Part shown: positions 63,601 through 64,000 of the stretch, piece after piece
Numbering within the stretch: position 1 is the first letter of the stretch
Layout: the number at the start of each line of letters is the position of its first letter
DNA from: Takakia lepidozioides
Lineage: Eukaryota > Plantae > Bryophyta
Direction: 5' to 3'
Assembly (NCBI GenBank): GCA_030704615.1
Contig: CM060733.1
Span: forward strand, 52,638,001 to 52,702,000
DNA length: 64,000 nt
Translations under genes and position numbers: made by a program
Notes under the pieces: generated by a model
The model's database searches: none
What the model was told of the DNA's origin: nothing
What the model saw: only the letters and a program-made list of their open reading frames with translations

Positions 63601-64000
63601 TGTGGTGACAACAGGTCCATGTGCCAGCTGGGTCTCAGGTTGTATCAGATCATCCCCACCACATGGAGTGTCCTTTTCAAATGTAAGTTGAGCCTGCAAC
63701 ACATTGGTAAGAGGCGGAATATGAAGCTCAGATACAACTTCGCTGGAAGCTTCTTGCTTTGCTGGTAATCCATCACTTGCAATTAAATAACAATGCACAT
63801 GGTTTAACTATGTTATGTCATTTCTGAATTCCTTGCAACCATGCCCACTCTCCAGTTATGCCAATCTATGTCAAAGGCTATGCCCATCCTGACCTGTAAT
63901 GAAGCCTAAACACCATGCCATGTTAATGAAACGAAGGAAATGAGATCTATGAAAATGACATCATGGAATGGAAGGAAATGACATTATGACCTGAAAGGAG

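Overview
Eukaryotic nuclear DNA from a land plant, probably a non-seed plant (inferred from gene and transposable element (TE) content; not provable here). The first ~12.5 kb is gene-rich. It holds a 2-exon chloroplast J20-type DnaJ gene, a 2-exon membrane-protein gene behind an ABRE cluster, a 3-exon F-box gene (minus strand) and an intronless, PHD-less Alfin-like ORF. The rest is a nested TE region: Copia and Gypsy remnants, L1 and RTEX-like LINEs, CACTA, hAT and MITE elements, and a tRNA-derived SINE family. It also holds a tRNA-Leu(CAG) gene and intron-bearing host-gene fragments (MCM9, FCA, USP, PPR). The most striking structure is a TIR transposon family with CCTGGGGGGTGCACT termini and an 8-bp TSD, present in two oppositely oriented copies. 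Both carry pieces of a PDF-motif/PPR-type gene, and each has amplified a different piece into a tandem array (111 bp x ~24 with a 1002-bp higher-order repeat; ~137 bp x ~4.5). Also notable is a SINE copy whose tRNA head is inverted, and a structured SINE body. All family assignments come from recalled motifs, not database searches.
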